Assembly: GCA_965603475.1 (NCBI GenBank)
Contig: CBFDDD010000001.1
Location: 40,003-104,002, forward strand
Length of the DNA: 64,000 nt
Reading direction: 5' to 3'
Source: an uncultured Myxococcales bacterium
Lineage (GTDB): Bacteria > Myxococcota_A > UBA9160 > UBA4427
The notes beneath the pieces are model-generated. The model worked only from the letters and a program-made list of their open reading frames with translations, ran no database searches and was not told where the DNA came from. Each line of letters starts with the position of its first letter. Within the stretch, counting starts at the first letter, position 1. Shown piece by piece: positions 57,101-64,000 of the stretch. Position numbers and translations under genes: made by a program.

Positions 57101-57384
57101 CGCCACCGGAACGTCGAACGACGATGCAGCAATTCGTTTGCGAGACACTCGCCGGCGTACTGGGTCTGTCCGAGGAACAACGCCTCGCCCTCGATGTCGG
57201 GAGCCAACTCGATACGGTCGGCCTCGACTCGCTGATGACGATGGAGCTCTTCATGGGGTTGGGTCGGGATCTCGATCTCGATATTGCCGCAGATTGGTTC
57301 GACTCGGTTCCGAGTCTCGCCGCCATCGCGGGGGTTCTCGTCGAGCGGCTCGAGGAAGCGGCAAGCACCCCGGAGGACTCGTGA
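51133..57384 (+). CDS. single-module type I polyketide synthase, KS-AT-DH-(structural KR)-ER-(KR-like)-ACP, no release domain
   Basis: Approximate nucleotide spans and motifs by domain follow. KS 51160-52458: DTACSSS, EAHGTGT, GNLGHTESASG. AT 52771-53652: GQGSQW, GQSMGE, FASH. DH 53830-54732: HPLLGTRSESSIDP, HPAILEGCLQ. Structural KR half 54760-55332. ER 55405-56397: LILSAAGGIGQALIQVA. KR-like half 56455-57087: VVGGLGGG. ACP 57115-57357: LGLDSLMTMEL. Confidence 0.95.
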   Translation: MTSERTTSDPIAIVGIGCRYADARGPAEFWEIVRSGRNTVREVPQHRIDLGYDIDHFYDPRLRIPGKISSKKGGFLEHPELFDPAAFGIAPRDALTMEPQQRLMVEVTWDALEDAGIVPESIMGERVAVMLGYMAEDYSRERTGVVGEASVFRGYDVFSVSGMSHAVLSGRIAYMLGVTGPSFTVDTACSSSLITTHLACQSLRRGESKMAIAGGVNLFLSPEGNIALSRSGMLSMSGACKAFDASADGFVRAEGAGVVVLRPLADALEEGNPIYAVIRGSGISSDGRDGGHMMAPGRGGQAQAMRDAYAQAEISPSEIQYVEAHGTGTMIGDPVEIAALADVMGPGRSPDRPLRVASVKGNLGHTESASGVAGLIKTVLCIKHREIPAQLHFETPNPAIPWDDIPIRVQSETTPWPGSGRALAGVNSFGISGTNAHVVLEGPPEPAVRETLDTGSRRPALVPISGHNAKALHEMVENQFDVLGRSSTPGLEDLAYTLSQRRTHRAHRLCVVASSKDEMRRELEAYLADSPSASVQSGIASPGGAPKIVMIFPGQGSQWLGMGRGLLEKEYSFADSIDRIDAAYRQHVDWSLRAVLDGSSAVDWTSRLDVLQPVLVAVEIALAELWGSWGIRPDRVIGQSMGEIAAANVAGILCLEDVAQLACHRGRIVDKASGRGAMAVVSLSVKQVSPLLEAQRGRVEVAGSNAPTTTILSGDRDAVIAVVSDLDALGVFARRLEVDFASHCFHMDPLLEPFRAGIEGIKPAPARIPFDSTVDDGEKSGEDLDVDYWARNLRESVAFEQGLSRSIEAGGEIFIEVSPHPTLSRATGEIAQKLDRSIAHVSSLQRDQDEQHSLMTSLGELFVRGAKVDFETLQPRGRVVETPLYAYQRKRFWFSERNRSHTFRPVHPLLGTRSESSIDPRLHAWDFVLDTDSAGFIQDYSVNGRGGAPAALYPELALAVSEAMWPGNPATVHHLELIRPLSFGRHGRCWVQVNLCVEGERSGELRISSRENEQAAWTLHATCQLAPAKAEPGSQVLRARMKATLDRSNNVSLPSDIHFTALERCGVSLGPSCRTLRELESEPAEGGGSSGLVARMMLPRVSESEWYSYRAHPAILEGCLQLVGTLLEPAAAVRVMALGEITFNGELGSDCWCRVSRRESGPLGDRAPEVVVADLEFFDRQGLPIGWIEGVQVEALPEQAKQRTGVSKGLHRIDWVATDTASAETKRDVNRWIIVSDSAAEAASLTVELEKQGDHCFFCEKIEDLESLVDRLHADALAPWGLVLLAWSESGFDGPGGALAHRAFRIASWAAAMRDHRGDASQVWLATRGVQSVRTGEGRPVETGTLVAREIDTFARCAEMLQCRHFDASARLEYAERVSLAVLMGRGDLDRQFVARGEDVFVPRLATIDLTVAEESGIRKRSLVPAEDRNFRAIHTGAEGLDCLALAEIEEPELVAGNLLVEVRSAALSQLDVLTGLGLARRSEHGHDEVMQNVARDFSGVVRAVPDSTSAFEVGDEVIGIHAGAFSRRLVVPSDFVVRKPSFFDYHEAASVPFPFLVAKYALQVVARLRAGERVLILSAAGGIGQALIQVARSVGAEVNATASSPERCAVLRELGARVLDFGLEGTPSDGAPAEGLGDFDVIVSANSGSTMHAMLARLAAEGRYIDLCPRARFERPELGALRLGANRSVSAIDIGEMIQTEPTLVSALLEQIAEDANRGRVQPIKATVFNVSEGARALRFMAQNRHIGRVCVDLADARQTLVRPDVKPGTELAGRGVFVVGGLGGGVAAGVAGDVDGRTESDGNELEIGPAVATWLRDHGADEVIELGSRESDGVVATIREQGLRLGGWIQVVSETDRRPDEIPPFWTAGPVDFCALVSIRESAGDDRDRNRAWETRLTIDRLLLSNTRDADRSIGVSVGRDVAPERVIQVLEKAIVDDLSESQVVVLSDDDLSARLAETPSPILAELRQGSESRQRSHLLRAELLSLTPPERRTTMQQFVCETLAGVLGLSEEQRLALDVGSQLDTVGLDSLMTMELFMGLGRDLDLDIAADWFDSVPSLAAIAGVLVERLEEAASTPEDS

Positions 57385-58217
57385 GTTCAGATCAGATGCG
57401 CTCGCTCCCCCTCGTCTATTCCGACCCGCGTGGGCGCGGCACGCCGATTCTCTTCATTCACGGGATCGCGCACAATCGCTCTGTCTGGGAGAAGCTTGCG
57501 AGTGAGCTTCCCGACGGGTTTCGTCCGATTTCGATTGATCTTCGGGGACACGGCGAATCGCCCTGGTCGATGGAGGGGGCGTACGATCTCCGAGACTACG
57601 CCGCGGACCTGCCGGCGCTGCTCGATGAATTGAGGATCGGCCGGGCCTACGTCGTGGCCCATTCGCTCGGAGGGAACGTTTCGACGCTGTTCGCGTCCGC
57701 AAATCCGGAAAGAGTGCTTGCGCTCGTGCTCGTCGATACCGGTCCGGCGCTCGATGCGACGGGCACCATTCATATCACCGATGAGATCGGGAACGCTCTT
57801 CGAAGTTACGCATCGATTTCCGAGTTCAGGGAACAGCTCGGTTTGATTCATCCAAACGGCGATCCGGAAATTCTCGATCAGCTGGCCCGAGCCAGTGTGG
57901 TCATGCGAATGGATGGTCGTTTCGAGCCAGCACTCGATCCGGGCGTCCTCGGTGCGGCGGTTCAGTCCACGGATCTCGTCGCGCTCGAGCGCGACCTCTG
58001 GTCGGCTCTCGGTGCCGTGTCCTGTCCCGTACTCCTCGTTCGAGGGGGTGTTTCGGCGATCCTGAGCGAGAAGGTCGCAAGGGAGATGGTCGACGAGGTC
58101 CTCGCAGATGGCCGACTCGTCACGCTGTTGGACGCGGGTCACGCCATCATGATCGATGAGGGTCCGGGCCTCGCGGCAGCGATCCTCGACTTCATGCCGG
58201 TCACGCCCGGTCTCTAG
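57381..58217 (+). CDS. alpha/beta hydrolase (candidate chain-release or editing hydrolase)
   Basis: ILFIHGIAHN, nucleophile elbow AHSLGG, and C-terminal DAGHAIM. GTG 57381 overlaps the PKS TGA (GTGA); ATG 57396 is an alternative start. Confidence 0.8.
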   Translation: MSSDQMRSLPLVYSDPRGRGTPILFIHGIAHNRSVWEKLASELPDGFRPISIDLRGHGESPWSMEGAYDLRDYAADLPALLDELRIGRAYVVAHSLGGNVSTLFASANPERVLALVLVDTGPALDATGTIHITDEIGNALRSYASISEFREQLGLIHPNGDPEILDQLARASVVMRMDGRFEPALDPGVLGAAVQSTDLVALERDLWSALGAVSCPVLLVRGGVSAILSEKVAREMVDEVLADGRLVTLLDAGHAIMIDEGPGLAAAILDFMPVTPGL

Positions 58218-58218
58218 T

Positions 58219-58776
58219 TCAGTCGGAACCGACCGATCCATCTTCCAGCACCCTGGTGCGGGCTCGGTAGAAGTCATCGATCGGCCCGAAACCAGGCTCA
58301 CTCTCGAAGGCACGTCGGGTCTCCTCGATGATTTCGTCGTTGCTCTTGTCGAGACTCCAGGTCTTGACCTGAGGCTGTTGGACGTGCCACGGAGTGTCAC
58401 AGAATACTTCGAAACCATTTCCTTCGGGATCGGAGAAGTAGATCGACCAGGCATTGCCGTGAGTCAGCGGTAGGCGATTCTCGGCTCTTCCATCTTTTTC
58501 GAGTCGCTCGTTCATCTGCTTTACATCATCGAGCGAATCCACGCGAAACGCGAAATGATTGACGGAGTTCGGCGGATTCTCGTCCCTTGCCCCGGCCATG
58601 AAGGCCATCTGATGGTGGTCTGTATCCACCTGACTCATGAACACGATCTCTGGAGCATCCGGTCCGCCGAGCGGACCCCGATCGGTGATCTGAAATCCCA
58701 ACACGTTCGTATAGAAGTCGAGCATATTCTCCATGTCGCGTACGAGAACGACGGCGTGCGACCATTGCAGTTTCAT
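58219..58776 (-). CDS. VOC-family (glyoxalase / extradiol dioxygenase fold) protein
   Basis: WSHAVVLVRDMENMLDFYTNVLGF, HHQMAF, NHFAFRV and SIYFSDPEGNGFEVF. Start set at ATG 58776; ORF-track start 59187 adds 137 implausible residues. The stop lies 1 nt from the convergent hydrolase stop. Confidence 0.75.
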   Translation of the reverse strand: MKLQWSHAVVLVRDMENMLDFYTNVLGFQITDRGPLGGPDAPEIVFMSQVDTDHHQMAFMAGARDENPPNSVNHFAFRVDSLDDVKQMNERLEKDGRAENRLPLTHGNAWSIYFSDPEGNGFEVFCDTPWHVQQPQVKTWSLDKSNDEIIEETRRAFESEPGFGPIDDFYRARTRVLEDGSVGSD

Positions 58777-58936
58777 TCGGAGGTCCCTTCGGTTGCGGGG
58801 GATCATGACGAGACATGATATCTCTCCGATCCCGCAAGAGCGACGCAACGTGGCCCGGGCCCAAGGATTAGGGCTAGCCTCTCCTTGGGGGCGGGGAAGG
58901 CTTCCGTCGGCGAATTTGAAGGCCAAGGAGGACGCG

Positions 58937-59713
58937 ATGTCCGCGCTGTCATCGTGGTGGGGGAACACGAGGCGGGTTTTCGCGCACGTGAGCACCGGTG
59001 CGGGTCGCCTGCTGTTGACGATCGCGAATCGAGACGAGAGCCGGGGCGCGCTCGGTCGGCATAGTTTCATGCTTGTCTCGTTGATCTTGCTGCTCGCGGC
59101 ACTCCCTTTTGGGCAAGCGGTTTCTGGCGAGACGACGCGGTTTCCGCTGCTGTTGACCCTGGTGCTGATCTCCGCAGTCGTCGTCAATAGCCATCAGCGC
59201 TGGATTTTTTTGGTCGCTTCCATGATTGGAATTGCAGCAGCCGTTGGGCTCGGGTGTGGAGAGTACTTCGACTCGCATCCGGTCCGCATCGTCGGGGAGC
59301 TGCTCAGCCTGGCGCTGCTCGGATTCACGACGCTGGTGATGTTCAACAGTCTCATTCAAACGGGCCATGTGTCCCAGGACACGATCGTGGGCGGCATTTG
59401 CGTTTATCTGTTGATCGGCCTCTGCTTCGCGATGATTTTCATCTTGATGACGGATCTCAATCCGGGCGCACTCATGCAGGGCGATCAGGCACTCTTTCGA
59501 TCGTCGTTCGATGGCAGTGCGCATGCGATAACACTTCTGTATTTCAGCTTCGTGACGTTGACGACACTGGGTTATGGTGATGTGATGCCCCAGAGTGATA
59601 TGGCTCGAATGTTCGCTGTGAGCGAGGCATTGATCGGTCAGCTCTATCTTGTGATCTTCATGGCTCGACTCGTCGCACTCTATGTGGTCAGCATCCGACG
59701 CCGCATGGCATGA
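58937..59713 (+). CDS. potassium channel family protein (pore-loop TxGYGD)
   Basis: Selectivity filter FVTLTTLGYGDV, flanked by TM helices with additional N-terminal TMs. AAGGAGGA precedes ATG 58937. Confidence 0.8.
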   Translation: MSALSSWWGNTRRVFAHVSTGAGRLLLTIANRDESRGALGRHSFMLVSLILLLAALPFGQAVSGETTRFPLLLTLVLISAVVVNSHQRWIFLVASMIGIAAAVGLGCGEYFDSHPVRIVGELLSLALLGFTTLVMFNSLIQTGHVSQDTIVGGICVYLLIGLCFAMIFILMTDLNPGALMQGDQALFRSSFDGSAHAITLLYFSFVTLTTLGYGDVMPQSDMARMFAVSEALIGQLYLVIFMARLVALYVVSIRRRMA

Positions 59714-59808
59714 CTCACGAACCGTCCCGGCGGCTTCGGATATTCGACCTGCAAGCGAGCTGCTGGAATTCTATTCTTCCGAATCGCGCGGTGAGCTAAA
59801 CTTTAATC

Positions 59809-60876
59809 ATGATTGATCGAGACGTTTCCCTCAACCGTTCCGTGCGTGTGAAGGCCGGGATGATTCTTCGCAATCGACGACTCTGGACCGCGGCTCTTTC
59901 AATACTTCTGCTGAGCGCCGTTCCCCTGTCCGATCCTGCTGCTGACACGCCTCCGCCGTTGCTGCACCTCGTATCGGATTATTGGCCGCCCTTTACGGCA
60001 AAAGAGGGCAGTGCGCGTTTCGCAATCGAAATCGTGCAGATCGCGCTGACCCGTGCGGGTCATGCCTCGTCGAGTGAAATCCTCTCCAGCGATTTTGCCC
60101 GGGTGGTCGAGCGGATCCGGTCTGGCGAATACGATGGCAGCGCTGCGCTCTGGAAGACTCCCGAACGTGAGGAGTTTCTGCATTTCTCGGTTCCGTATCT
60201 CGAGAACCGTCTGGTTCTCGTCGGCCGAGAGGGAAGTCTCGTCGAAGTGCGCAACATGTCCGAACTCGCAGGAAAGCGGGTCGCCACCGTCTCGTCCTAC
60301 GCATACGGCGAGGTGCTCGCGACCACAACGGGCCCCGAGTTTGTCCTTGGAGACAGTGACGAGGCCAATCTGCGAAAGCTGCTCGATGGCAAGGTCGACT
60401 ACGTTCTCGCCGACGAACTCCTGATCCACCATGTCTTCAAGAATCAGGCCGAAGAGGCTGAGAGAGCGCTCGAGGTTGGCCGTTCTCCGCTTGTGAGTCG
60501 CAAACTCTACTTCGCCGTCCGCAAGGATCTGCCAGATTCGAAGGAGATCGTAGAGGGTTTCGACAGGGAAATTCGCGCCATGATGGCGGACGGCGCCTAC
60601 CATCGAGCACTCGATGTCGATTGGATCTGGGCGGATATCGACGGTGACGGCGCCAGCGAGCTCATTCTTCGTGGCACGCAGGCGGGTCTAGCTGCGCCAG
60701 AGGAGAGTTACAGCGTTATTTCAGGTGACGACTACTCACCGGTCGAGCCGCCTACCCGCTACGTCGTCGACGGCGTCGTATATGAAAACTGGGATGGTGT
60801 GCCCGACCAGTACAAGGTGAAGATCGATCGAACGCGCGCACCCGTCGAGCCAGTGGTCCCGCTCTTCCGCTTCTGA
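59809..60876 (+). CDS. periplasmic substrate-binding protein (family 3 / PBP2 type) with C-terminal extension
   Basis: Signal peptide, YWPPFTAKEG, DGSAALWKTPEREEFLHFSVPYLENRLVLV and VDYVLADELL. The C-terminal ~100 aa contain ADIDGDGASELIL (a DxDxDG-like motif). No ABC permease or ATPase gene is nearby. Confidence 0.65.
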   Translation: MIDRDVSLNRSVRVKAGMILRNRRLWTAALSILLLSAVPLSDPAADTPPPLLHLVSDYWPPFTAKEGSARFAIEIVQIALTRAGHASSSEILSSDFARVVERIRSGEYDGSAALWKTPEREEFLHFSVPYLENRLVLVGREGSLVEVRNMSELAGKRVATVSSYAYGEVLATTTGPEFVLGDSDEANLRKLLDGKVDYVLADELLIHHVFKNQAEEAERALEVGRSPLVSRKLYFAVRKDLPDSKEIVEGFDREIRAMMADGAYHRALDVDWIWADIDGDGASELILRGTQAGLAAPEESYSVISGDDYSPVEPPTRYVVDGVVYENWDGVPDQYKVKIDRTRAPVEPVVPLFRF

Positions 60877-61024
60877 CGACATTCAGGTCGAGTACGACGC
60901 CGGCCGAATCTTTTGGGAACTGGATGCCGTTTATCGGAGACGCAGGCAAGTGAAGATCCTGGGGAACCCGAGAAAGAGCGGTGAGGGCAGAGGCTCGCTC
61001 GGCCGGCACTCACGGATCTCCGCA

Positions 61025-62188
61025 ATGTTGGTGGGCCCAATCGCTTCGCTCCCCACACTTCGAAGAGCGATGGCGCTCTGTGCGGCCATCGCGCTCTGTT
61101 TCTGCCTATCGACGAACCCCGTATCGGCCGAAAGCCCTCCGAATGACAATTCACCGGCGCAGCCCCGCTGGGCGGGGTCCTGGGACCCACCGAAGCCCAA
61201 CGCCGATGGCTGGGACTGGGTTCGCCTGAAATCCGATGAATGGGTCAAGGGTGAGATCCTGCTCCTACGAAATTTCGATTTGAATTTCGACAGCGACGAA
61301 TTCGGAATCGTCAAGTTCGACTGGGAGGATGTTGCGGAGATTTTCACCGAGCGAGTCTACATCTTCGTCCTTCAGGATTTGAGGACGAGCTACGTAGGCA
61401 CGATGGTGATGCGGGATGATCGCGTTTCCGTGAAGGTCGGCGGTCGGATCGAGACATTCGATCGATCGCAACTTCTGGCGATCACGCCGAGCGCCGAACG
61501 TGAATTCAATCTCTGGAATGGGCGTATCTCGCTGGGTGTCGGATTCCGCTCGGGCAATACGGATCAGTCCGAGTTTACCGGACGGGCGAGTCTCGCACGA
61601 GAAGGCACGAATACTCGTCTCGGAATCGAATACAATGGGGAATATGGCTCTCTCGACAAAGTGAAGAACACGAATAATCACCGTGCTCAGACGACCTACG
61701 ACTATTTCCTGACGCGAGATCTCTTCCTGACACCCGGCGACTTCGAGGCATACACCGACGAGTTCCAAAACATCTCGTACCGGTTGACGCCGACGGTCGG
61801 GGCCGGATATTTCCTGATCAGGCATCCCCGGATCGATTGGGAAGTACGGCTTACGACCGGTTATCAACATACGCGAATCGACTCGGCGAGAGCGGGTGAG
61901 AGCAAGACCTCAGAGAACGCGGCGACCGTCTTCAGCACGACCATCGATTCCGAGTTGACATCGAGCGTGGATCTGATTCTCGAGTATCAGCTCCAGTTCA
62001 TCTACCCGGATACGGGGCGGACGAATCACCATGCGGTGTCGACACTCGAAGTCGAACTGACCTCGGTGATCGATCTCGATGTGAGTTTTATCTGGGATCG
62101 AATCGAGGACCCCGAGAAGGAGTCGGATGGCGACGCACCCGAGACGGACGATTTCCGCCTGACGGTCGGCCTGGCGATCGAATTCTGA
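61025..62188 (+). CDS. DUF481 outer-membrane beta-barrel protein
   Basis: Signal peptide (ALCAAIALCFCLSTNPVSA). Alternating beta-strand pattern, ending with VIDLDVSFIWDRIEDP and FRLTVGLAIEF (terminal Phe). Start is uncertain among GTG 60950, ATG 61025 and ATG 61070. Confidence 0.6.
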   Translation: MLVGPIASLPTLRRAMALCAAIALCFCLSTNPVSAESPPNDNSPAQPRWAGSWDPPKPNADGWDWVRLKSDEWVKGEILLLRNFDLNFDSDEFGIVKFDWEDVAEIFTERVYIFVLQDLRTSYVGTMVMRDDRVSVKVGGRIETFDRSQLLAITPSAEREFNLWNGRISLGVGFRSGNTDQSEFTGRASLAREGTNTRLGIEYNGEYGSLDKVKNTNNHRAQTTYDYFLTRDLFLTPGDFEAYTDEFQNISYRLTPTVGAGYFLIRHPRIDWEVRLTTGYQHTRIDSARAGESKTSENAATVFSTTIDSELTSSVDLILEYQLQFIYPDTGRTNHHAVSTLEVELTSVIDLDVSFIWDRIEDPEKESDGDAPETDDFRLTVGLAIEF

Positions 62189-62222
62189 TCGCGAGCGCCA
62201 GGTGCTCTAGAGCCACCTTCTA

Positions 62223-63998
62223 TTATTCGTCAAAGGAGAAATCTACAGCTTCCACGATCTCGTTCTCGATCGCCCTCTTGAGATGCTCGAGCAGGATTCG
62301 ATGAACTTCTCGGACCACCGCGGCATTGGCTTGGGACGAGTGCCCGCTCCGTACGACCAGTTCGGACTCGACGTCGTCGAGATGCGCGCTCCGGTATGTC
62401 ACGACGCCGTCGCCACCCTCCTCCTTGGTTCCCTTTCGGACACCCATGATGGAATGGGCGTGAACGCCGGGAGCGATCGGCAATGGAGCCAACTCCTTGA
62501 TGAACGCGTTATCCGGGCTCATGTTCCCGATCGACCCCGTGCTTCGTTTGAGCCGGCGCTGGACCTCCGCTTCGGGGTCGTCTCGAAAGACGTCCTGTGT
62601 CGCATCGACGATATTCGCGGGCGACCGAACGAGACGGCCCATCAGACGCGCGAGACCGAGATTCGCGAGCCGGCTCCCGTGATGCGGCGTCGAGAGGAAG
62701 ATCACGCGATTCACGAAGGGCGATGGGGCGAAGAGTAGGCTGCCCTCCAGAAGTTCGCGGTTCTCGGGCTCGAGTTCGATCTCATTCGGTGGCCGGTCGA
62801 TCGCCAGATCCCAGAATCGCTGTTCAGGATTCACGACGAGCAACTTCGTGAGGAGCCCACCCTGGCTATGCCCCATCACGACAATGTCTTGCAGGACGGG
62901 ATCCTGTCCCTCAGGATCGAGGGCGCCTATGAGATCCGCGATGGATTTGCGCAGGAGCCAGCCGGAGTAGGCGATCGGGTTGCCGGTGTTGTAGGTGAAG
63001 AGCCAGAACTGGAAGTGGCGTCGCAGAAGCGAATCGCTCCGCAGATCGTTCAAGAGATCGGCCCAACGTCCAGCACTCGACGCCGTTCCGTGAACGAGAA
63101 CGACCGGAATCCGCCCGCGATGATAGGGAGCCAGCGAAACGATTCCGAGTCGTCCGAGAGCGAGGTCTCCCTGGAAGAAACCCTTGAGCTCTCGCTTCCA
63201 GGGAGGGGACTCGGTGAGCTGAAGCGCGAGTGCGGCGGTCGGTTCGGATTCGAGCGGAATCTTCTCATCGGCGATCGTGATCGAATCCGCGGCCGAGTAG
63301 GCGATCACAGAGAGATTGGCAGTGAATTGACCGCTTGCGAGATCCGCGCCGGGACTCTCGAATCGGAGCAGCGCCGTGACGGGCACGCGCACACCCGAAA
63401 AGATCAGCTCGTCTGCGATCTCGCCTTCACTTGAAACAGAGACCTGTGCGGCGAGAGGCGCTCCGAGGCCCGAGTTCCGGTATCGGTTATTGAGGCCCCT
63501 CACACTGAGATCGGCAAGGGAGGCGAAGCTCGAGAGATCTAGATTTCCCCAATGAAGACCCACCTCGTCGAAGTCGATCTGTAGCGTGCCAAAGGGGAGT
63601 TCGTACTCACCGTCGTGAAGAATGACCTCGCCCGTTTCGGGATCCGCCAAAGCCAGCGTCAATCCCCGATTATAGATATCGGCACTCAGTCGATTGCCTC
63701 GATCCAGCGGAGGCGCATGCGGCAAGCCTTCCTCGGGAAAGAGGTAGAGCCAGGCGTACATCGCCGCGGCGAGGTAATAGCGCCGGTCGCCCGAGCTGGT
63801 CGCGTAGGCAAACGCGAGCTCGGCCATGTCATCCATCAGGCTGGCACGTAACTCGGCGGTGAATTCGTCGGCCGGACGCATCCAGAAAGAATGCAGGTAG
63901 GTCAGTACTTCAGTTGGATCGTCTTTCCATGCTTCTTCCCGGCTTGTGCGGCGCAGAAGGATTCGAGCGTTCTCACTGAGCTTTCCGGTCGAAAGCAC
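62223..63998 (-). CDS. alpha/beta hydrolase, lipase/esterase-like with large N-terminal domain (5' end possibly outside window)
   Basis: PVVLVHGTASSAGRW and nucleophile elbow VMGHSQGG, with a late HS...GH. The ORF runs to the window edge, so the N-terminus may be incomplete. Confidence 0.6.
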   Translation of the reverse strand: MLSTGKLSENARILLRRTSREEAWKDDPTEVLTYLHSFWMRPADEFTAELRASLMDDMAELAFAYATSSGDRRYYLAAAMYAWLYLFPEEGLPHAPPLDRGNRLSADIYNRGLTLALADPETGEVILHDGEYELPFGTLQIDFDEVGLHWGNLDLSSFASLADLSVRGLNNRYRNSGLGAPLAAQVSVSSEGEIADELIFSGVRVPVTALLRFESPGADLASGQFTANLSVIAYSAADSITIADEKIPLESEPTAALALQLTESPPWKRELKGFFQGDLALGRLGIVSLAPYHRGRIPVVLVHGTASSAGRWADLLNDLRSDSLLRRHFQFWLFTYNTGNPIAYSGWLLRKSIADLIGALDPEGQDPVLQDIVVMGHSQGGLLTKLLVVNPEQRFWDLAIDRPPNEIELEPENRELLEGSLLFAPSPFVNRVIFLSTPHHGSRLANLGLARLMGRLVRSPANIVDATQDVFRDDPEAEVQRRLKRSTGSIGNMSPDNAFIKELAPLPIAPGVHAHSIMGVRKGTKEEGGDGVVTYRSAHLDDVESELVVRSGHSSQANAAVVREVHRILLEHLKRAIENEIVEAVDFSFDE

Positions 63999-64000
63999 GC

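Noticed and set aside
58777-59187. N-terminal extensions proposed by the ORF track: 58219-59187, 57138-57380, 46311-46559, 40232-40372, 31910-32095, 58733-58936, 50636-50695, 25651-25677, 29311-29367, 36559-36597 and 4764-4835.
   Set aside because: These extensions overlap the preceding or opposing gene, have low-complexity composition, and lack Shine-Dalgarno sequences. Internal starts with good ribosome-binding sites coincide with the beginning of the recognisable domain or signal peptide.
62201-62217. Near-palindrome GGTGCTCTAGAGCCACC (core GCTCTAGAGC perfect) between the DUF481 gene and the lipase-like gene.
   Set aside because: It lies between two convergent stop codons. It is most simply a short bidirectional terminator-like stem rather than an operator, and it has no repeats elsewhere in the window.
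1-64000. Search for CRISPR arrays, tRNA/rRNA genes, transposases, integrases, phage genes, toxin-antitoxin pairs or known defence-system cores. The MoxR/VWA genes were also considered as a conflict system.
   Set aside because: No direct-repeat/spacer periodicity, no cloverleaf-like or rRNA-like segments in the intergenic gaps, and no recombinase or nuclease motifs were seen. The MoxR/VWA genes have the classical Bat composition (DUF58, BatA-E types) without effector domains, so a defence role is not supported.

Overview
This is a GC-rich (roughly 60% by eye, not computed), very gene-dense chromosomal segment. I call 53 protein-coding genes, 44 of them on the + strand, and many are joined by start/stop overlaps. 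I found no rRNA, tRNA, CRISPR array, transposase, integrase or prophage signature. The host looks like a diderm bacterium (DUF481 outer-membrane barrel, lipoprotein signals, a perR-rbr arrangement as in delta-proteobacteria), but the lineage cannot be assigned from this window. Content in order: an orphan OmpR-type response regulator, PAC2 and Trm112 genes, and two adjacent acyl-CoA dehydrogenases. Next comes a complete Alternative Complex III operon (actABCDEF) followed by a rhomboid protease and an LLM oxidoreductase. Then a seven-gene MoxR/DUF58/VWA (Bat-like) operon that includes a 1209-aa BatB/C-type giant, followed by myo-inositol-1-phosphate synthase. After that is a Fur/PerR-like regulator with rubrerythrin, a CCG-type Fe-S protein and DUF3501. 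A metabolic stretch follows (CoA transferase, SDR, LLM, PNPOx-like, LysR with a secreted MBL hydrolase, ABM, truncated haemoglobin, Zn-ADH, DUF255 thioredoxin-like protein, hydrolase, sulfotransferase-like gene). Then PiT with a DUF47 protein, HtpX, and a P450 / enoyl-CoA hydratase / exported-protein operon. The last part holds a three-gene lipocalin-like / single-module type I PKS / alpha-beta hydrolase operon and an envelope cluster (VOC, K+ channel, orphan SBP, DUF481 OMP, lipase-like hydrolase cut by the window edge). The best candidate for something undescribed is the PKS trio. Its KS and ACP look intact, but the reductive loop is aberrant: the KR-like region contains no tyrosine at all and the AT and DH motifs are non-canonical. 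It has no release domain and sits behind a perfect 16-bp palindrome. Secondary candidates are the oversized Bat operon and the perR-rbr-FeS-DUF3501 module, both conserved but biochemically unexplained. All calls come from reading motifs by eye; no database search or computation was run.
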